Assembly: GCA_030141605.1 (NCBI GenBank)
Contig: JAQGDQ010000331.1
Span: 1 to 64,000 of the forward strand
Direction: 5' to 3'
Origin: Tubiluchus corallicola
Lineage: Eukaryota; Animalia; Priapulida
Length of the DNA: 64,000 nt
The notes below the pieces were generated by a model. That model did not search any database, was not told where the DNA came from, and saw only the letters and a list, made by a program, of their open reading frames with translations. Within the stretch, counting starts at the first letter, position 1, and each line of letters begins with the position of its first letter. Both the position numbers and the translations under genes were made by a program. Of the stretch, positions 62,101 through 64,000 are shown one piece after another.

Positions 62101-63892
62101 TAGTGAAGTTTCTTATTGTGTGCTTGCTAGAAGCTTCTTATTTAGCAAATGCTGTTATGAAACATTCGTTGTGAAAGCGGGGTTGTGTCAATAATTTTTT
62201 AATGTAATTTAATTGTTTTATTAATTATATATTAATTTAATAATTAATAATAATATAGTAAAGTTGGGAATCAGTAACCATAAAAGCATGATTTTAGTGA
62301 GCTTATTATTGTTTTGAAATTATTGTCATCTTTTATAATGATTCAGCAGTAGAATTTGGTTGAAGATCTTGATTTGTCACAGACTCCCGAAAAATTATTT
62401 GTTTTAGATAACACAGTAAAAGGATCAGATTAACTACAGAATCAAATAAAATCTTTTTATTAAAAGGAAAAGATTGATTGAATTTACAAATATGCTTTGG
62501 CTTTTTCCGAAGTATAACTGGAATTCCTTGCCACCAAATGTTACTCATCATGCTCGTTCAGTTGCTCAGAAGGATTATATCGTTGATGGAAACTAGTACG
62601 TGCATTTCTCTGATATTATTTTATTCTGAATTTTATTCAGAATCTACAAATTGTGTATATTTTGTGTAACTATAGTTGTGTAAACTCATAAGTAAATGTT
62701 TAAAATTGTTCTCAATGTTATGTTAATTATTTAATTATGGTAATATGTACCGTTCTGTAGTGATAATAGTTTTCATTCTGTAGACAATGTGGGAAACAAC
62801 TGTTCTCAGTCTTGGTTAAAGCGTTTTTCACAGTAGACAAAGAATCCAAAGTGACATCTTAAATAATTAATGCCTGTTCTATTCACTTATCTTTGGGATA
62901 ATAATGATTCTTACATTCTACCTGGTAGTGTGAAGTGAGTGAGGGCCCATGTTCACAAACCATCACTAAATTAATGATATCGTTATCAATAGTTAACTGA
63001 TGGCTTTGCGAAACTAGCCTCAGCAAACATCAGGAATTTGTTAATGGTGATTTAACTAACCAGTGAGTGTATTTGACAGAAAAACAATTCTTCGTGTACA
63101 AGAATCGTTGGAAAGAATATGTCGAATATTTCAAATAGGAACGAAAAAAGAATTCTAAGGCAACTTTCTTAATACATAAACTTCATTTCTGTAATTACTT
63201 ACCTAAAATGTTCATGTGTGTTTTAAAGGAACAGCCTAAGAGTGACTAAAGGTTTAAAAGTTTGGTAGCACTGATTACACTTCTGGTTTCTGTTTTTTTC
63301 AAAGTTATATGATTATGGACTTTCTTGCTAAAAACACCAACAACTGCTCATATTAAAATTTATTATGTATGCAACAGTAGACCATTTAAACTTTAAAGCT
63401 TCCAAAATTATTTGTAAAAATATGATGATGAGCCTAATGTAATTTGCTTTGATATTTTTTGTAAAATGAGTATTTTAAATATTCTTTTCCACTCTTGTTT
63501 TTTTGTTAACTTTTCCATAATTTTATTTTAGAGTTTACTGTAGTCATGTGTGAAATACGTATACACTATTTGCAAAATATTGCAATTTTGTTATTATAGT
63601 AGTGAATACGATAAAAATAATAGATTAGTTGCATAAGTTATTTACCTATTTGTCCTAACTAATTTATATTGTTGTTTCCTTTTAATAGCATCTAGCTATT
63701 TTTACATAGGCCATGTATGAGGGGAATAGTGATACATTGCCTATTGACACTAAGGCAGTAAGGGTATCGATGGAAATGTCTCTTTTTGGGCGCACATTAG
63801 ATGATGATGTTTCAGACCTTGTCAAGCAGCGATATAAGGCAACTTATGTACCAAAGTGGAAACAATATAAAGTATTGGTTTTTATGTATGCT
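38434..63892 (+). CDS. PEP-synthase / rifampicin phosphotransferase / PigC-like dikinase-family protein (TM segment + N-terminal beta-rich domain + PPDK_N ATP-grasp + start of substrate domain); 3' end lies beyond the window
   Basis: Phase-consistent exons: 38434-38569, 39100-39266, 39737-39826, 40241-40407, 41517-41585, 41740-41859, 42554-42719, 43012-43064, 43376-43509, 43614-43761, 44162-44220, 46984-47099, 49631-49737, 49867-50033, 50237-50307, 50648-50712, 53444-53591, 53957-54074, 54420-54517, 54918-55096, 55535-55607, then alternative clusters A and B. PPDK_N motifs: LVGGKG, VPKGFCIT, VAVRSSAVGEDSAEASFAGQMETFL, KCWASQF, MGVCIQEMV, AGVLFTRDP, YGLGEAVVSG, PRDIEFAI, YLLQARPIT, followed by TANTGEMMPQAMTPLT. 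Confidence 0.92.
40645..40966. mobile_element. hAT (Charlie-like) MITE, 322 bp
   Basis: TIRs CAGTGGTTCCCAAA / TTTGGGAACCACTG and a perfect 8-bp TSD ATTTAAAG (40637-40644 and 40967-40974). Confidence 0.92.
41141..41221. repeat. Interrupted (TA)n microsatellite
   Basis: Seen directly. Other TA/CA tracts lie near 5366-5389, 9909-9931 and 52033-52110. Confidence 0.9.
45138..46829. mobile_element. Non-autonomous DNA transposon with long TIRs (Academ-like), 1.7 kb
   Basis: About 100-bp imperfect TIRs starting TAGTCTAG(T/G)CCCA, a 3-bp TSD TGT (45135-45137 and 46830-46832), and internally repeated CAAAATGGC motifs. The superfamily call rests only on the TAG ends and 3-bp TSD. Confidence 0.7.
47800..49290 (+). 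mobile_element. Degenerate, 5'-truncated Rex1/Babar-like LINE reverse transcriptase
   Basis: Peptides LPDKLNNFYSRFD, KSAGPDRI, NDYRPVALTSV, RILFVDFSSA, GASQGCVLSPIL, VKFADDTT, WCKQHNLELNVSKIKEIIVDFRK and FYRTVIESVLT, with stops and frameshifts. Lies in an intron of the dikinase-like gene. Confidence 0.9.
51165..51400 (-). mobile_element. Tc1/mariner transposase C-terminal remnant
   Basis: Minus-strand translation YPVDYGIWNPFKETVH...EELK...*NQSPLKKIR...NGGYMEHL matches the mariner pattern NPxDYxIWxxLKxxV...GGxFEHL. Confidence 0.6.
52440..53060 (+). mobile_element. Helitron fragments (a 3' end followed by a 5' part) related to 9939-10666
   Basis: TTGATTATTTAAGTGTATTTA...AGGGCTTTGGCTAG|T (ending ~52614) mirrors 10619-10666. 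TCTATATATA...GCTACAGTTTTAACGACTGCACCATTT mirrors 9939-9990. Confidence 0.55.
56936..57031 (+). CDS. Alternative exon A1 (96 nt, phase 0-0): LEMQQMSAFMWPCHIPQYAPAQSYHFFINVIS
   Basis: AATAG|...|GTAAGT, open in the frame set by exon 55535-55607. Confidence 0.85.
57435..57530 (+). CDS. Alternative exon A2 (96 nt): LEMQQMSAFMWPCHIPQYLPAQSCHFFINVIS
   Basis: AATAG|...|GTAAGT, open frame, paralog of A1. Confidence 0.85.
57923..58018 (+). CDS. Alternative exon A3 (96 nt): LQQQQMSAFMWPCHIPMQGLSCSCHFFINALS
   Basis: AACAG|...|GTAAGT, open frame. Confidence 0.85.
58376..58471 (+). CDS. Alternative exon A4 (96 nt): FQRRRIFGSVWPCYVPMILPAYCGHFFANCFL
   Basis: CACAG|...|GTAAGT, open frame, with WPC..P and HFF.N conserved. 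Confidence 0.85.
59756..59851 (+). CDS. Alternative exon A5 (96 nt): AMHEKFAGFRMPSYSPIAFASYSGHFLINMLN
   Basis: ACTAG|...|GTAAGT, open frame. P12, P16, H25, F26 and N29 are conserved with A1-A4. Confidence 0.85.
61061..61246 (+). CDS. Alternative exon B1 (186 nt, phase 0-0): GLYYMNEYTMLGATVASSRVYMEMILFGRRLDDSIEDIIIHRFKDTYVPLWRKVRSWIHVMS
   Basis: TGTAG|...|GTATGC, open frame, homologous to B2. Confidence 0.85.
63710..63892 (+). CDS. Alternative exon B2 (183 nt, phase 0-0): AMYEGNSDTLPIDTKAVRVSMEMSLFGRTLDDDVSDLVKQRYKATYVPKWKQYKVLVFMYA
   Basis: CATAG|...|GTAGGT, open frame. Shares RVxMEMxLFGRxLDD and RxKxTYVPxW with B1. Confidence 0.85.
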
Positions 63893-64000
63893 GTAGGTAT
63901 ACATTTATTATTTTAAATGTTTTGTTTCTGCAAATTAAAGAAGTATTGAATTTGTGTTTATGATGAGGTATTTTCTTTGACTATAAACTTGCTGCTATGT

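Noticed and set aside
62353-63140. Additional B-type exons between B1 and B2
   Set aside because: The AG/GT combinations I tried contain stops. There is only faint similarity (RWKEY versus KWKQY near 63107-63120).

Overview
AT-rich, intron-rich genomic DNA from an invertebrate animal, with GT-AG introns and many DNA-transposon, Helitron and LINE relics. I can support four protein-coding genes. (1) A single-coding-exon protein with a C2H2 finger and a CENP-B/Pipsqueak-type HTH (+, 2457-3281). (2) The multi-exon ribosome-biogenesis gene BOP1/ERB1 (+, ~8704-36547). (3) An intronless SLC39A11/ZIP11 zinc transporter nested antisense in a BOP1 intron (-, 12127-13188). (4) A large gene of the PEP-synthase/rifampicin-phosphotransferase/PigC-like dikinase family (+, from 38434, running off the window). 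The main discovery is in gene 4. Just after the ATP-grasp domain, where the acceptor-substrate domain starts, there are five homologous 96-nt phase-0 exons and then at least two homologous ~185-nt phase-0 exons. The 96-nt cluster carries a repeated pair of complementary intronic motifs: GATGATTCTACATTTA at the 3' splice sites, and its reverse complement upstream of each later variant. This looks like Dscam-style mutually exclusive splicing by competing RNA pairing, diversifying the substrate pocket of an enzyme. All exon models were made by hand from splice signals and reading frame, with no transcript data.
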